A stretch of 64,000 bases of DNA, taken from contig CAVULI010000007.1 in NCBI GenBank assembly GCA_963742295.1, positions 213,372-277,371 on the forward strand, given 5' to 3'. How positions within the stretch are numbered: the stretch's first letter is position 1; every line of letters begins with the position of its first letter. This document shows, piece after piece, positions 1 to 9,960 of the stretch. The position numbers and the translations under genes were made by a program. Origin of the DNA: an uncultured Verrucomicrobiae bacterium. Its GTDB lineage: Bacteria > Verrucomicrobiota > Verrucomicrobiia > Chthoniobacterales > UBA10450. The notes beneath the pieces were generated by a model, which was given only the letters and a program-made list of their open reading frames with translations, ran no database searches and was not told the origin of the DNA.

Positions 1-579
1 CCCGCGGCTGATGCGCAATTGCAGTCGGGCGATGTGATCAAGAAATTCGACGGGCACGAGGTGCGTTCGTTTCCGGAATTGCGCAGCCTGGTGGCGCAAA
101 CGGAGTTGAACAAAAAGATCAATTTGGAAATCACGCGCAATGGCAAGCCCATGACGCTTTCGACTGCGATCAAGGAACAGCCGGCCAATTATTTGAGCGC
201 GCGCGCTAATCCGCAGCAACCTAGCCAGCCGGCGCCGCAACAGCCGCAACAGCCGCGACCGCCGCAGCAGCAACAGCCGGACGAGGATGATTTGCAGGAC
301 CAGGCGCCGCTAGCCGGGGTGGACGTGCAGACACTTACGCCGGAACTGGCGCAATCGCTCGATGTGCCGAGCGGCGTGCGCGGCGTCGTCGTCACGAAAG
401 TGGACGATCCATCCGGCGAATTGCGCAAGGGCGATGTGATCGAGGAGGTCAATCAACAGCCGGTCACGAACGTGGATGAATATCGCAAGGTGGTCGGCTC
501 GCTCGATCCGGAGGGAACGCATGTCCTTTCCGTTTGCCGCAAACGCACGCGTTCGTTTGTGGTCCTTCGCGCTCGTTAG
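1..579 (+). CDS. HtrA/DegP-family serine protease, C-terminal PDZ region (5' end cut by window edge)
   Basis: The frame is open from base 1. Two PDZ-like segments (QSGDVIKKFDGHEVRSFPELR..., KGDVIEEVNQQPVTNVDEYRKV) are separated by a Pro/Gln-rich linker. The TAG stop lies inside a CTCGTTAGG motif copy. Confidence 0.7.
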   Translation, partial: PAADAQLQSGDVIKKFDGHEVRSFPELRSLVAQTELNKKINLEITRNGKPMTLSTAIKEQPANYLSARANPQQPSQPAPQQPQQPRPPQQQQPDEDDLQDQAPLAGVDVQTLTPELAQSLDVPSGVRGVVVTKVDDPSGELRKGDVIEEVNQQPVTNVDEYRKVVGSLDPEGTHVLSVCRKRTRSFVVLRAR

Positions 580-656
580 GATTTTTCCTGCGTTTCGAAT
601 TACCTTCGCGGGTGAATAACCGATCGTCGTGATCGGTCTAACTCCGAAACAAAATC

Positions 657-2198
657 ATGAAACGGATCACTCTTGGCTTGGCAGTCGTGGCTCTGGTTTT
701 CGGCGCGGCACCGCGCGCGAAAGCTCAAACAGAAGTCTCGATCAATTTCTTTTACGACAATCTCGCCAACGAAGGCGACTGGATTGAAGTGGGCGATTAC
801 GGCTACTGCTGGCAGCCGCGCATCGCCGTGAGTGACCACAGTTGGCGACCGTATGCCGATGGTTACTGGGCTTACACCGATGTCGGCTGGACTTGGGTTT
901 CCTACGAAGATTTCGGCTGGGCCACCTATCATTACGGACGCTGGGCGCGACTGCGCGATCGCGGTTGGATTTGGGTTCCGGGAACGGAATGGGGACCAGC
1001 GTGGGTTTCGTGGCGCACCGGCGGTGACTACGTTGGCTGGGCGCCGCTGCCGCCGCGTTACGGAGGCGGTGAGCCTATTTACGAAGGCCGGCCGGTTAGC
1101 AGTAACGTCGACATCGAGTTCGATATCGGACCGGAATATTACAACTTTGTCGATGTGCGTTACATCGGTGAACCGGTTCTGCGTCGTCGCATCTTCAATC
1201 CGATTCAGAACATCACCTGCATCAATTACACGGTGAATGTGACCAACATTACCTACAACAACTCGGTCGTTTACAATTACGGTCCTGATTACTCCCGCTT
1301 GAGCGCGTATTCCACGCGGCGGATTCCGCGCCTGCAATTGCAACGCGAATCGAATGTCGATTTGAACGCGGCGGTAAGAAACAGGCAGCTCACCAAGGTG
1401 CAAGGCAACCAGCTCTTGGTCGCGTCGCCGATGAAGATGGAGAAGCCAGCGCAAATCATTGCTCCCAAAGTGGTGAAGACGAAGATCGATAAACCAAATA
1501 TCGTGACCGGCTGGAGCGGTGTGAACGATCCGAAGAAGAAAGCGGATTTGCAGGCGAAGTTTAAGGCGGAAGACGCCACGTCAATTCCGGAGCCGAAAGT
1601 GAAGCCGGTTCATCTGGAAGACTTGAAGAATGCAGGCGGCGTATCGCCGGCCGCGACCGCGGCTCCTGAGGAAAACACGCCGTTGCAATCCGGCACGCCG
1701 GTTCGCAACTTTCCAGACAGGAAGAGACAAAGGGACGATTTGTCGATGCCGCTCAACACAGCGTCACCTACGCCTTCGGTTTTGCCTAACGAGAGGAAGA
1801 ACAAGATCAGCGAATTACGCGGCGTCAAACCCTCCTCGAGCCCGGTGTCTCAGGTCAATCCTGTGCCGGAAAGCACGATTGTGCCTAACGAGAACAAGAA
1901 CAAAGACCTCCGAAAAAGCCGGACGATGCAGCAATTGTTAAGCACGCCCGCGCCAACCGCTACTCCGGCCGGAGCAGTCGGAGAAACGAAAATGACTCCG
2001 CACAATTTGCGGCCGCAGCGGCCGGTCTATGCACCGGGCGATGGCGAACTTCGCACCACAAATAAGTTGAAGAGTGAAGGAGCGGCTGCCGCCGGTGGCG
2101 CGCAAAACGTGCAGCAATCCGGGCGAGCAGCAGCTAAGGCAGCACAAACAACAGTTGCAACAGCAGGGCCAGAGAATGCAGCAGGTGGCACCGAATAA
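657..2198 (+). CDS. Secreted protein with a Trp/Gly/Tyr-rich N-terminal domain (possibly DUF6600-like) and a long low-complexity Pro/Lys/Ala tail
   Basis: Signal peptide MKRITLGLAVVALVFGAAPRAKAQ. Repeated GW-x-WV / GYW motifs (YGYCWQPR...GYWAYTDVGWTWVSYEDFGWATYHYGRW...GWIWVPG). The family name is from memory only. Confidence 0.5.
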   Translation: MKRITLGLAVVALVFGAAPRAKAQTEVSINFFYDNLANEGDWIEVGDYGYCWQPRIAVSDHSWRPYADGYWAYTDVGWTWVSYEDFGWATYHYGRWARLRDRGWIWVPGTEWGPAWVSWRTGGDYVGWAPLPPRYGGGEPIYEGRPVSSNVDIEFDIGPEYYNFVDVRYIGEPVLRRRIFNPIQNITCINYTVNVTNITYNNSVVYNYGPDYSRLSAYSTRRIPRLQLQRESNVDLNAAVRNRQLTKVQGNQLLVASPMKMEKPAQIIAPKVVKTKIDKPNIVTGWSGVNDPKKKADLQAKFKAEDATSIPEPKVKPVHLEDLKNAGGVSPAATAAPEENTPLQSGTPVRNFPDRKRQRDDLSMPLNTASPTPSVLPNERKNKISELRGVKPSSSPVSQVNPVPESTIVPNENKNKDLRKSRTMQQLLSTPAPTATPAGAVGETKMTPHNLRPQRPVYAPGDGELRTTNKLKSEGAAAAGGAQNVQQSGRAAAKAAQTTVATAGPENAAGGTE

Positions 2199-2304
2199 TG
2201 CGGCGGGTGGTCAGCCTAACGAGTCGTCGCAAGGCGGTGGAAAGAAGGACAAGGGCAACCGAGGGAAACCAACGCCGACACCGGCGCCGAACCAGTAAAG
2301 GAAT

Positions 2305-3303
2305 CTAAAGAAGCTCAGCGATCTGCACGGCGTTGAGTGCCGCGCCCTTGAGCAGTTGGTCGCCGGAAACCCAGAAGGCCAGGCCGTTCTCCAGCGCGCA
2401 ATCCAGCCGCACCCGGCCGACCTGGCAATTGTCTTTGCCCGCGGCGTCGAGTGGCATCGGATAAACATTGCGATGCGGTTCGTCGAGTAGATCGAGACCA
2501 GGCGCCTTGGCCAGAACTTCGCGCGCTTCATCCACTGAAACAGCGCGTTCGAATTCGGCGCTGACTGCGACAGAATGGGCCCGATAAACCGGAACGCGCA
2601 CACAAGTGACCGAGGCACGAAACTCGGGCAGGTGCATGATGCGCCGGCCTTCGTTTTGCATTTTCATTTCCTCCTTCGTGTAGCCATCGGAAAGAAATGA
2701 ATCGACGTGCGGCAGGACGTTGAAGGCGATGGGATGCGGATAAACTTCGGCCGCGGCGGTTTGGTTCTCAGCGGACGCTTTCACTTGTTTCTTGAGTTCG
2801 GCGATTGCGCGCGCGCCGCTGCCGGAGACTGCCTGGTAACTGGAGGCAAAAACGCGCTTCACCCCAAACCTGAGATGCAATGGATATAGCGCCATCAGCG
2901 CAACGGCGGTGGTGCAATTGGGATTGGCGATGATTCCGCGGTGTTGCGCGGCGTCTGGGCCGTTGATTTCCGGAATGACCAGCGGCACGTCCGGTTCCAT
3001 CCGGAAGGTGGAAGAGTTATCGATTACAACGGCGCCGGCATCGCGGGCGATGGGAACGAACTCGCGCGAAATGCTTCCGCCGGCGGAAAAAAAAGCGATG
3101 TCGATTCCGGTGAATGAATCTTTGCGCAATTCGACGACGGGAATTTTCTCTCCGCGAAATTCCAGGCTCTTGCCGGCCGATTTCGCCGAAGCGAGCAGAC
3201 GCAATTTTCCGACCGGAAACGTGCGACGATGCATGACATCGAGCAATTCCGCGCCGACCGCGCCGGTCGCGCCGACGATGGCGACATTGTAGCTTTTTCC
3301 CAT
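2305..3303 (-). CDS. asd: Aspartate-semialdehyde dehydrogenase
   Basis: 332 aa. N-terminal dinucleotide fold VAIVGATGAVG, active-site Cys region IIANPNCTT, and full-length Asd-like architecture. Confidence 0.93.
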   Translation of the reverse strand: MGKSYNVAIVGATGAVGAELLDVMHRRTFPVGKLRLLASAKSAGKSLEFRGEKIPVVELRKDSFTGIDIAFFSAGGSISREFVPIARDAGAVVIDNSSTFRMEPDVPLVIPEINGPDAAQHRGIIANPNCTTAVALMALYPLHLRFGVKRVFASSYQAVSGSGARAIAELKKQVKASAENQTAAAEVYPHPIAFNVLPHVDSFLSDGYTKEEMKMQNEGRRIMHLPEFRASVTCVRVPVYRAHSVAVSAEFERAVSVDEAREVLAKAPGLDLLDEPHRNVYPMPLDAAGKDNCQVGRVRLDCALENGLAFWVSGDQLLKGAALNAVQIAELL

Positions 3304-3328
3304 GAGCGGTGCACTCTAGTGGCGGTCC

Positions 3329-3853
3329 ATGGCGAAGAAAAGTGTCACCATCTCAATTTCGAAGCAGCAGCTGGCCTTGAAAGACGGCGCGAAAACGGTG
3401 CGCACATTTCCCATTTCGAGTTCGCGCTTCGGCCTTGGCGCAGAAGAAGGAAGCAAGAAGACGCCGCTCGGCCGATTCCGCATCGCCGAAAAAATCGGCG
3501 CCGGTTTGCCGTATAACACCGCCTTCAAGAGCCGCGAGCCGGTCCGCCTGACGAAGGCAATGCTACAAGCCGACGACCTGATCATGTCGCGAATCCTGTG
3601 GCTGGACGGCTTGGGTCGGACCAACGCCAACAGCCATTCCCGCTACATATATATACACGGCACCAACCACGAGGATGAGATTGGCCGGCCGGCCAGTCAT
3701 GGCTGTATCCGGATGAAAAATGCGGACGTGGCCGAGCTGTTCGAGATGGTCGAGGTCGATACGCCGGTCGTTATTACCGGACGAGAGCGAAAAGTAGGGT
3801 CGCGGAAAAAGGCGAGAAAAGGATTGCGCAGACGAAGCAGCTTGCCTAAATGA
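3329..3853 (+). CDS. L,D-transpeptidase (YkuD domain)
   Basis: 174 aa with the catalytic motif HGTNHEDEIGRPASHGCIRMKNADV. Confidence 0.85.
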   Translation: MAKKSVTISISKQQLALKDGAKTVRTFPISSSRFGLGAEEGSKKTPLGRFRIAEKIGAGLPYNTAFKSREPVRLTKAMLQADDLIMSRILWLDGLGRTNANSHSRYIYIHGTNHEDEIGRPASHGCIRMKNADVAELFEMVEVDTPVVITGRERKVGSRKKARKGLRRRSSLPK

Positions 3854-3910
3854 CGGCAGCAACTTGCTCGGAAAGGGGGCGAAACTATAGTGAAATTTTT
3901 AAAAGCGATC

Positions 3911-4003
3911 ATGATTTTGGCCATTGCGGCCTCAGCGTTGAGCCTGGGAGCGTGCTCTCAGCACAAGGAGCCCGCACCGGCTCCAGCACCATACTCAAAG
4001 TAG
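3911..4003 (+). CDS. Putative 30-aa lipoprotein
   Basis: ATG at 3911 encodes MILAIAASALSLGAC-SQHKEPAPAPAPYSK with a lipobox-like LGAC. A strong intrinsic terminator follows directly. Not in the ORF track because it is under 60 aa. Confidence 0.35.
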   Translation: MILAIAASALSLGACSQHKEPAPAPAPYSK

Positions 4004-4042
4004 TCTCATTCCGAGTTGTCCGGCTCCGGATAGCTTCAATTT

Positions 4043-4084
4043 AAAAGGTCAGGCCGTTTCGGCGGTCTGACCTTTTCTTTTTTT
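4043..4084 (+). terminator. Rho-independent terminator (A-tract / 10-bp GC stem / T-tract; possibly bidirectional)
   Basis: aaaaGGTCAGGCCGtttcggCGGTCTGACCttttcttttttt. The stem has one G.U pair and is followed by a T-run. Confidence 0.8.
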
Positions 4085-4151
4085 GACCGCGGTTCCGCTG
4101 GCGAATTGGTGAGGCGGAATCCTGTTTGTCGAAGCGGGCGCACTCACTAAG

Positions 4152-5672
4152 ATGCCGCCAATGGAACTGAGCGGAGAGCCATTATCCCTGAGCGCAATTG
4201 CCGCCGTCGCACTGGGACGCGAGCCGGTCAGCATCGCTCCCGTTGCTCATGCCCGCATCAAGGCTTCGCGCAGCGTGATCGAAAAAATCACGAACTCCGA
4301 TGCGGTGGTTTATGGCGTGAACACTGGCTTCGGAAAACTCTCCGAGGTTCACATCGCGCGCAAGGAACTCGCGCAGCTCCAGCTTAATCTGGTGCGCAGC
4401 CACGCCTGCGGCATCGGGCAGCCGCTGAGCGAGCCGGAGGTTCGCGCGATGATGCTGTTACGCGCCAATGTTCTCGCGCTCGGCCTCAGTGGCATTCGAC
4501 TCGAGGTTATCGAGCTGCTGACGCAAATGTTGAATCGCGGCGTGCATCCAGTTATTCCGGAAAAAGGATCGGTCGGCGCCAGTGGCGACCTGGCCCCGCT
4601 CGCGCACCTTTCGTTGGGCTTGATCGGCGAAGGCGAGGTGTTTTACGAAGGCAAGCGGGCGGAAAGCAAAACCGCCCTGAAGCGGGCCGGTCTTTCACCG
4701 GTGAAGTTGCAGGCGAAGGAAGGTCTCGCGCTTTTGAATGGCACCCAGGCCATGCACGCGGTGGGCGCACTGGCCCTCATGCGCGCAAAGCGCTTATCGC
4801 GCGTGGCCGATGTCATTGGCGCCATGAGTCTGGAAGCGCTAAAGGGCACGCCGACCGCGTTCGATGCGCGCGTGCACGATGCCCGTCCGCACGCGGGCCA
4901 ACGCGCCGTCGCGCAACATTTGCTCGCCCTCCTCGCCGAAAGCGAAATTCGCGAGTCACATCGGACGGGCGATCCGCGCGTGCAGGACGCCTACAGTCTG
5001 CGTTGCATGCCGCAGGTGCACGGCGCGGTGCGCGACGCGCTCACGCATTGCGAAAGTGTTCTCGAAATCGAATCCGGTTCTGCCACCGACAATCCGCTTG
5101 TCTTCGCCGATAACGGCGATGTCATTTCCGGCGGAAATTTCCACGGCGCGCCGCTCGCTCTTGCTCTTGATTACGCCGCAATCGCGCTGACCGATTTGAT
5201 GAGCATCAGCGAGCGCCGCACCGATCGGCTGGTGAATCCGGATTTGAACGAAGGGCTGCCGCCCTTCCTCGCCCCGCACGCCGGCACGCATTCCGGTTTC
5301 ATGATTTTGCACGTCGCTTCGGTCGCGCTTTTGAACCACGCGAAGATTCTCGCGCATCCGGCCAGCATCGATAATTTGCCGACCTCAGGTGGCAAAGAAG
5401 ATCATGTTTCGATGGGAATGACCGCGGCTTTGAAATTCCGTGAGATCGCGGATGACGCGGAGCATTTGCTCGCGATCGAATTGCTGGCCGCGGCGGAAGG
5501 CCTGGAGTTTCGTCATCCGCTCAAGGCCGGCGCCGGTGTCGAAGCCGCCTATCAAAAGGTGCGCAAGATTTCTCCGGCGGTGGAGAAGGACCGCTCCCTC
5601 TCGCGCGACATCGAGGAGGTTGCGAAGGCGATTCGCGCCGGAGAGTTCGACAGCGATTACGATCGAATATGA
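4152..5672 (+). CDS. hutH: Histidine ammonia-lyase
   Basis: 506 aa with the MIO-forming Ala-Ser-Gly in [15 protein letters not shown]. Overlaps hutU by 4 nt. Confidence 0.95.
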   Translation: MPPMELSGEPLSLSAIAAVALGREPVSIAPVAHARIKASRSVIEKITNSDAVVYGVNTGFGKLSEVHIARKELAQLQLNLVRSHACGIGQPLSEPEVRAMMLLRANVLALGLSGIRLEVIELLTQMLNRGVHPVIPEKGSVGASGDLAPLAHLSLGLIGEGEVFYEGKRAESKTALKRAGLSPVKLQAKEGLALLNGTQAMHAVGALALMRAKRLSRVADVIGAMSLEALKGTPTAFDARVHDARPHAGQRAVAQHLLALLAESEIRESHRTGDPRVQDAYSLRCMPQVHGAVRDALTHCESVLEIESGSATDNPLVFADNGDVISGGNFHGAPLALALDYAAIALTDLMSISERRTDRLVNPDLNEGLPPFLAPHAGTHSGFMILHVASVALLNHAKILAHPASIDNLPTSGGKEDHVSMGMTAALKFREIADDAEHLLAIELLAAAEGLEFRHPLKAGAGVEAAYQKVRKISPAVEKDRSLSRDIEEVAKAIRAGEFDSDYDRI

Positions 5673-7336
5673 GCGGGAAGCGAACCATACGCGCCCCGCG
5701 CGGGGCGCAGCTGAGCTGCAAGGGCTGGCACCAGGAAGCCGCGTTGCGCATGCTCATGAACAACCTCGATCCCGAGGTGGCGGAGAATCCCGACAAGCTG
5801 ATCGTTTACGGCGGAACGGGACGGGCCGCGCGCAGTTGGGAAGCGTTCGATGCCATCGTGCATTCTCTGCGCGCTCTGAAAAACGACGAGACGCTGCTCG
5901 TGCAATCCGGAAAACCGGTCGGAAAATTTCGCACGCACGACGAAGCGCCGCGCGTTCTGATCGCGAATTCAAACCTCGTCGGGCAATGGTCGAACTACCC
6001 GGAGTTCAATCGTCTCGAACAACTTGGTCTGACCATGTACGGCCAGATGACGGCCGGTTCGTGGATTTACATCGGCAGCCAGGGGATCGTGCAGGGAACG
6101 TTCGAGACGTTCAGCGCCGCCGGGCAAAAACATTTCGGCGGCTCGCTCGAAGGCAAACTTGTCGTTAGCGGCGGCCTCGGCGGCATGGGCGGCGCGCAAC
6201 CGCTTGCGGCTACGATGGCCGGCGCTGTTTTTCTCGGAGTGGACGTCGATCCGGCGCGCATCGAAAAACGCCTAACGAGTGGTTATTGCGACAAGATGGT
6301 GTCGTCGCTCGATGAAGCGATGAAGTTGATCGATGCCGCGCGCGAAAAAGGCGAGGCGATTTCCATCGGGCTGGTGGGCAATTGCGCCGATGTCCTGCCG
6401 GAAATGTTGCAGCGCGGAATCGTGCCCGATGTTTTGACCGATCAGACCAGCGCGCATGACGCGCTTAACGGTTACGTCCCGCACGGAATGAATTTGCAGG
6501 AGGCCCTGCAGTTGCGCGTGGCCAAGCCGGACGAATACGTCGCATGCTCGATGCGTTCCATGGCCGTGCACGTGCAAGCCATGCTCGATCTGCAAAAGAA
6601 AGGCGCGATCACGTTCGATTACGGCAACAACATCCGCACCCAGGCGAAGAAAGCCGGCGTGGAAAACGCCTTCGACATTCCGGGCTTCGTGCCGGAATAC
6701 ATTCGCCCGCTTTTTTGCGAGGGGAAAGGGCCGTTTCGCTGGGTGGCGTTGAGCGGCGAAGCCGATGACATCGCGCGCACTGATCGCCTTGCGCTCGAAA
6801 TGTTTCCCGACAACGCGATTCTCGATCGCTGGATGAAACTGGCGCAGAAGCGCATCCAATTCCAAGGACTGCCCGCGCGCATCTGCTGGTTAGGCTACGG
6901 CGAGCGCGCCGAGTTCGGCGTGGCCATGAATGAACTCGTTAGGCGTGGCGAGGTGAAGGCGCCGATTGTCATCGGACGCGATCATCTCGATACCGGTTCG
7001 GTCGCGTCGCCTTATCGCGAAACGGAAGGAATGCTCGACGGCAGCGACGCGATTTCCGATTGGGCGTTGCTCAATGCGCTGGTTAACACCGCCGCGGGCG
7101 CGTCGTGGATTTCCATTCACAACGGCGGCGGTGTTGGCATCGGCTATTCGCAACACGCCGGTATGGTCGTGGTGGCGGATGGAACTGATAATTCCAAGCG
7201 CCGGTTGGAACGCGTCCTAACGAGTGATCCGGGCATGGGTGTTTTGCGCCATGCCGACGCGGGTTATTCGCGCGCGATCAAGTTTGCCCGCGAACACGAC
7301 ATCGATATTCCAATCGAACCGCAGGCGCGCGACTAA
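5669..7336 (+). CDS. hutU: Urocanate hydratase
   Basis: 555 aa. Contains [13 protein letters not shown] and the C-terminal [19 protein letters not shown] block typical of HutU. Confidence 0.95.
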   Translation: MSGKRTIRAPRGAQLSCKGWHQEAALRMLMNNLDPEVAENPDKLIVYGGTGRAARSWEAFDAIVHSLRALKNDETLLVQSGKPVGKFRTHDEAPRVLIANSNLVGQWSNYPEFNRLEQLGLTMYGQMTAGSWIYIGSQGIVQGTFETFSAAGQKHFGGSLEGKLVVSGGLGGMGGAQPLAATMAGAVFLGVDVDPARIEKRLTSGYCDKMVSSLDEAMKLIDAAREKGEAISIGLVGNCADVLPEMLQRGIVPDVLTDQTSAHDALNGYVPHGMNLQEALQLRVAKPDEYVACSMRSMAVHVQAMLDLQKKGAITFDYGNNIRTQAKKAGVENAFDIPGFVPEYIRPLFCEGKGPFRWVALSGEADDIARTDRLALEMFPDNAILDRWMKLAQKRIQFQGLPARICWLGYGERAEFGVAMNELVRRGEVKAPIVIGRDHLDTGSVASPYRETEGMLDGSDAISDWALLNALVNTAAGASWISIHNGGGVGIGYSQHAGMVVVADGTDNSKRRLERVLTSDPGMGVLRHADAGYSRAIKFAREHDIDIPIEPQARD

Positions 7337-7343
7337 TTCGATC

Positions 7344-9030
7344 ATGCAAAAGATCATCGAATGCGTGCCGAATTTTTCCGAGGGTCGCGACCTGGAAGTG
7401 ATTCGCCAGATCACGGCCGCGATTGAATCAGTCGATGGAATTTCGCTGCTTGAATGTCGATCCGGGCGCCAGCACCAATCGCACGGTCGTAACTTTTGCC
7501 GGCGACCCGAAGGCAGCGGTGGAAGCGGCGTTTCGCGGAATTCAAAAAGCGGCCGAACTGATCGACATGCGCAAACATTCGGGCGCGCATCCGCGCATGG
7601 GTGCGACCGACGTTTGTCCTTTCATTCCGATCAGCAATGTGAGCTGGGACGAAGCGATCGACTGCGCGAAGCAATTGGGACAACGCGTCGGCGCGGAGTT
7701 GAAGATTCCCGTTTATCTTTACGAAAGAGCGGCGACCAATCCGGCGCGGTCCAATCTCTCCATCATTCGCGCGGGCGAGTACGAGGGTTTCTCGAAAAAG
7801 ATCAAACAACCGGAATGGAAACCGGATTTTGGGCCTAACGAGTTCAACGAAAAGTCCGGCGCTACCGTTATCGGCGCGCGTGAATTTCTCGTCGCTTATA
7901 ACGTGAACCTGAATACGAAAGCGGTGCGTCGTGCCAATTCTGTCGCGTTTGATATCAGGGAAAACGGTCGCGTGAAAACGGACGACGGCACGCCGACGGG
8001 CAAGCCGGTTCTTGATGAAAAGGGCGAGCCGGTGCGCGTGCCCGGAATGTTGAAGCACGTGAAAGCGATTGGCTGGTTCGTCGAGGAATACGGCATGGCG
8101 CAGGTCTCGATCAATCTGACCAATATCGATGAAACGCCGTTGCATGCCGCGTTCGACGCATGCTGCGAATCGGCGAGTAAACGTGGGTTGCGTGTGACCG
8201 GTTCGGAAATCGTCGGGATGGTGCCGAAGAAATGTCTGCTTGAAGCTGGCCGACATTTTTTGCGCAAACAGAAGTGGTCGGAAGGCGCGGCGGAAGAGGA
8301 ACTGGTCGATGTTGCAGTTCGCTCGTTAGGCTTGAATGAGCTAAAGCCGTTCGATCCGAAGGAAAGGATTATTGAATTCAAAATGGAATCGGCCGCGAAG
8401 AAATCGCTCGTGAAAATGAACCTGCGCCAGTTCTGCAACGAAACCCTGAGCGATTCGCCCGCGCCGGGTGGCGGGTCGGTCGCGGCCCTGATGGGCGCGC
8501 TTGGCGTCTCGTTAGGCGGAATGGTGGCGAATCTCTCCGCGGGCAAACGCGGCTGGGACGACAAGATCGGCTTCTTCAGTGACTGGGCAGTGAAGGCGCA
8601 GCAACTGAAGGACGAATTGCTTTTCCTGGTGGATGAAGACACCGCGGCCTTCAACAAAGTGATGGAGGCATTCGCGCTTCCGAAAAATTCAGACGCCGAA
8701 AAATCTGCGCGCTCCGCTGCTATTCAATCGGCTAACAAATATGCGGCGGAAATTCCGTTGCGCGTCATGGAGACGACGGCCAAAGCCTACGCGTTGCTCG
8801 GGGATATGGCGGAGAAAGGGAATCCCGCTTCGATTTCAGATGTGGGCGTCGGTTTGCTCGCGGTGCGTGCTTGTATCGAAGGCGCGGGCATGAACGTCCG
8901 GATCAACCTGGCCGGACTGAAAGATGAAAAATTGAAAACAGATTTGCGGGCACGGCTCGCCAGGGTCCGCGCCGAGTCGGAAGCAGAATTCGCGAAGATA
9001 ACCCAAACCGTTGAAGGCAAGCTCGGGTAA
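7344..9030 (+). CDS. ftcD: Bifunctional glutamate formimidoyltransferase / formimidoyl-THF cyclodeaminase; reading frame interrupted near 7450
   Basis: The canonical N-terminus MQKIIECVPNFSEGRDLEVIRQITAAIESVDGISLL is in frame 0 from ATG 7344. The continuation NVDPGASTNRTVVTFAGDP... through the cyclodeaminase domain (SPAPGGGSVAALMGALG) is in frame +1, which is the ORF-track entry 7423..9030. Confidence 0.85.
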
Positions 9031-9045
9031 GTCCGGCAGAGACGA

Positions 9046-9960
9046 TTGATGCGGGAAGATCCAAATTGGCCGCGCGCCTCACAATGGCTGGCGGCGAGCG
9101 CGAAGAAGGGCGGCCACGGCGCGGCCCTCGCCGTTCTTGGTGTGCCAATGAATTGCTCCGGCACATCGGGTCAGTGCGAGCTGGCGCCGGTGGCGATCCG
9201 CGAAGCTCTCTCCAATTACAGCCTGCATGACGGCGAGATCGGCATCGATCTTGGCCAGTTAAGCGTGCGCGATTTCGGAGATGTCGCTCTGGTGGGAAAT
9301 TCGATGGAGAAAAATTTCTTCCGCTGCGTCGAAACGATGCGCCGCGCGCATGTCGGGCAGAGCACGATTCTGCTCGGCGGCGACAACAGCATCACGCGGC
9401 CGGGTGTGCACTCGTTAGGCTTTCCGCTCCATCGCTGTGGTTTGCTCACCTTCGATGCGCATCATGATTTGCGTGATCTCGAACAGGGCCTAACGAATGG
9501 TAATCCTGTCCGTGCTTTGCTGCGCGATGGCCTTCCGGGATCGAATATTTTCCAGGTCGGCATTCAGCCGTTCACGAATTCCGCCGTTTACGCGGGCGTG
9601 GCCCACGACGCTGGCATCAATGTCGTGACGGTTGATCAGGTTTACGCACAGGGAATTGACGTTGTCGTGCGCGATGCGCTCGGGACGCTGAGCCGACAGA
9701 CGGATGCCATTTATGTGGACCTCGATGTCGATGTGCTTGATCGCGCTTTTGCGCCCGCGTGTTCGGGTGCGCGACCGGGCGGACTGCAGCCGTGGATGGT
9801 GCGGCAGGCGGCGCGGATTTGCGGGCAGCACGACAAAGTCCTGATCATGGACATCGTCGAAGTCGATCCGACCAAGGACATCGCGGACGTCACGAAAATG
9901 GCGGCTGCGTCGTTCCTGCTCGCGTTTGCCGCCGGCGTGGGGCAATGCACGCTGAAGTGA
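9046..9960 (+). CDS. hutG: Arginase-fold ureohydrolase, probable formimidoylglutamase
   Basis: 304 aa. Family motifs [10 protein letters not shown] (Asn where His is usual), DAHHDLRD and VDLDVDVLD. Sits between ftcD and hutI. Confidence 0.7.
   Translation: MMREDPNWPRASQWLAASAKKGGHGAALAVLGVPMNCSGTSGQCELAPVAIREALSNYSLHDGEIGIDLGQLSVRDFGDVALVGNSMEKNFFRCVETMRRAHVGQSTILLGGDNSITRPGVHSLGFPLHRCGLLTFDAHHDLRDLEQGLTNGNPVRALLRDGLPGSNIFQVGIQPFTNSAVYAGVAHDAGINVVTVDQVYAQGIDVVVRDALGTLSRQTDAIYVDLDVDVLDRAFAPACSGARPGGLQPWMVRQAARICGQHDKVLIMDIVEVDPTKDIADVTKMAAASFLLAFAAGVGQCTLK

Noticed and set aside
600-1454. Long antisense or shadow ORFs throughout the track, for example 600..1454 (-), 7411..8256 (-), 13704..14660 (-), 18950..19966 (-), 26909..27994 (+), 28723..29733 (+), 40138..41133 (+), 56601..58268 (-) and 60681..61259 (-).
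   Set aside because: Each lies opposite or out of frame to a gene with clear family motifs. They have Arg/Gly/Ala-rich composition typical of GC-rich shadow frames and contain no recognisable domains.
2074-2298. ORF 2074..2298 (+), Gln/Gly/Lys-rich, containing a motif copy.
   Set aside because: It overlaps the 3' low-complexity end of the 657..2198 gene in another frame and has low-complexity composition. It is probably not coding.
9759-9944. N-terminal extensions of track ORFs: hutI from 9759, the beta-propeller gene from 33857, the OMP-like gene from 48744, fkpA from 17021 and the 35568 start.
   Set aside because: The extensions overlap the preceding genes in alternative frames, have atypical composition, and are followed by internal starts giving proper N-termini or signal peptides.
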